The translations under genes and the position numbers were made by a program. DNA of 62,338 nucleotides, the filler included, from Diploschistes diacapsis (lineage: Eukaryota): the NCBI GenBank assembly GCA_023645945.1. It is 7 parts of 7 records of this genome, joined end to end, with 100 filler letters (N's around TTAATTAATTAA, not from the genome) between each part and the next. Parts side by side here need not be neighbours in the genome. Positions count along the whole stretch, not along the records: positions 59,999 to 62,338 come from JALAIB010002252.1; 6 more parts are not named here. One strand, written 5' to 3'. The notes beneath the pieces are model-generated. The model made no database searches, was not told the origin of the DNA, and worked only from the letters and a program-made list of their open reading frames with translations. Every line of letters begins with the position of its first letter. Within the stretch, counting starts at the first letter, position 1. This document shows positions 59,999 through 62,338 of this stretch, piece after piece.

Positions 59999-61300
59999 AT
60001 ATTAATCTTAAATAAATATTTTGGGACTCTAATAGCTTTTTGGATATCCTTTTTATCGTTTTAGTTTATATATAGGTTATACAAAGCTCCTGGTTGGTTA
60101 ATTTGGCGAAATTAACCCCTATTATCTGTTTAAGCAATTATTTTAAGACTAAAAAACCGATATGTCTTATTCGCTTGTATCATAGATCCTTATTAATTAA
60201 TTCTTTATTAATAAAAGTAGTTTGCTTTACTAATTCAGTAAAAATAATTATCAATTTATTTAAATAAATAACTTTTGCTAGTAAACCATTAAAATAAATA
60301 TAACAATAATCCTTATCTAGAATGATTTTCGCGCCTTTTTCGCGTATGGCGATAGCAGAAATAAGGTTTATCCCTAAATCCGGCGCGTATTTGCAATTTG
60401 TAAGCCGAAGGATCCTATTAATAGATTTAATTCGGAATTTAACTGTTCCGACACCCAAAATGTTGATTTATACTACTATCCCCCATCGTAAGGCTGAATC
60501 ACATGACTTGAATGATTCAAAAGCCGATAAATCCGAGCATATATACGAGGTTACTACCGAATCGAGAATCCAGTCCGTTTTTTAGTCGAAAAAGGCATAA
60601 CTAATTTCCGGATTAGGCGTACTAGTCTCTAAAGAGACTAGCGTGCTTTCCGAATCCGGCCTAGCTTTTTTCTTTTTCTTTTCGGGGTGTTTTGTCCAGC
60701 AGTCTGATTCTTGGTGTCCTAGCTTTTTGCAGTAATTGCATTTTGACCTTTCCTTTTTAGGCCTAGCGCCTGTAGGTGCTCGGCTAGTCATGACCATCTC
60801 GGTATCGATATCCCCCTTTTTTGATTTCAACCGCAATGATTCGTCGATTAATTACGAAAATATCGTATTTAGGTCGATATCCGGAGAATTATTGTTCCGA
60901 ATCTATTGAATAATCATAACTACTATGCCTTCATAATCTTCGATTAGATTATTCAGGGCCCAAGCAACTATAACCTTATTCGGAATAATAATATTCCGTA
61001 CCACTAAATCGTCCGTTAATTGCTTGATTTGGTTGACATATACCTCGATCTTTCCCTTTTTAATAAGCGTTGTTTCGAATAACTGCTTACATAATAAGAA
61101 TTCCGAACTAAACCCCTTTGATTCATAAAGGGTTTTCAGGGTCTCCCATACCTTGTTCGGATCATTGATATTCCGGATTTGCAGTAGGGATCCATCTTCA
61201 AAAGCTAACCGGATATAGGCTAACGCCTTTTTTAGCTTGGTACTCCACTCGATCATTTCCTCGAAGGTCGAAAATTGTAACAGCGGGGGTAGTGCCTAAT
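59999..61300 (-). mobile_element. Ty1/copia gag-pol 5' part with in-frame stops
   Basis: Gag KALAYIRL...VWETLKTLY, zinc knuckle CNYCKKLGHQESDC, protease WILDS...SYICSD, NLISA, and pre-integrase L*YKRIRHIG relic. Confidence 0.9.
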
Positions 61301-61499
61301 AGGGTAGCGCTATCCCACTGAGCCAAAGACTAACTGTTACGATCCAAGTACCAGACTTGGCACGTCCCAGCTTTGTTGTATATAGGTCAGTCACGGGACG
61401 GGGGTCACGTGATGCGCTCACTACTCGCGCTCACTCTCGTGAGCGGCGAGCAAGCTTTCGCTACCATTCAATAATCGCGCTTATTCTTGTAAGTGGCAA

Positions 61500-62338
61500 A
61501 CCTTAAAGGCACCGCTCGTTAAACTTATAATAAACGATAAGCGAATTAATTATATATAAACACGACTTTATTTTCGTAAAAGAAAACGTGTTCATTTTTA
61601 TAAACATTCTTAATTATTATTTAAAATTAATTTATATTCGTTACTTTTATTATTAAAAAACCTTTTTTTTAAAAACAATCTAAGATCTATAATTATTCTA
61701 TTTTTTTCTTTTATTTATATTCTTTTTTTAATAAAAATTAAATTTATCTTGATTTTATTTATATATATTTTATATAAATAGAAATTATAATACTTAAACA
61801 TCTTTAAAAATGAATATATTAATAACATAACCGGGCGATCGTTATCGATAATTAAATCCGCATTATTTCGAGCACCTAAAGCAATACCGCTATTAGATAA
61901 AACCGATGTCCCGATAACGGATATTACGGAAGCTAAAAGCGACGACCCCGGAAGTAACGATAAACCCGACGAAAATAAATCGTATAAAGAACCTATTATA
62001 AAAACTATAAAATTAATAACGTTTTACGGAAATCGAAAGAAACTAAAATATTAAATATTTTAATTTTTAATATATTTCTATTAAAACCCGTATATTATAG
62101 ACGATTAAAAGAAACGAATAATCTTCGTCGTAAAATTCATACGTGACCGCGTATTAACATAAATAAAACCTTATCTCGACGTATATTTAAAAAATCAAAA
62201 AGATAATTACGAAATGTTTACGAACTTTTTAAAATTTAAAAAATAGGTCCGATTAGCCTTCGAAATAACCAACGATAAAAAATATACAATTCGAGTTATT
62301 AAAATAGTTAACTAATACCGCTCGATTTTAGAAGTAAC
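61500..62338. repeat. Extremely AT-rich RIP-type repeat remnant, family unassigned
   Basis: TpA-rich and CpA/TpG-poor; remaining C/G mostly in CpG. Confidence 0.6.

Overview
Filamentous ascomycete (Pezizomycotina-type) genomic DNA with short GT-AG introns and CTAAC/CTGAC branch sites. The window is not contiguous. Six identical 100-nt spacers (44 N + TTAATTAATTAA + 44 N) join seven contigs: two of about 25 kb and five of about 2.34 kb. Contig 1 (1-25033) is gene-dense: a small acidic protein whose first intron looks highly structured, a Ubp16/USP30-like deubiquitinase, mitochondrial ribosomal bL9, an RGG-repeat orphan, an MFS transporter, MAD1, a Fus1-like TM-SH3 protein and SYP1/muniscin. 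Contig 4 (30023-55012) holds a secreted-type polyamine oxidase, a Myb-like regulator, a long gene-poor stretch and Ty3/gypsy relics. The small contigs are RIP-mutated transposon debris (Ty1/copia, Fot1/pogo, Tc1, a hAT MITE, LTRs). Best leads: (i) a candidate structured ncRNA in an intron; (ii) an unrecognised repeated, RIP-hit gene family whose two copies share a promoter and a 46-bp segment in opposite orientation; (iii) reciprocal nesting of a hAT MITE and a copia element; (iv) MAD1 with RMR in place of the RLK motif. All calls come from reading motifs by eye; no searches were run.
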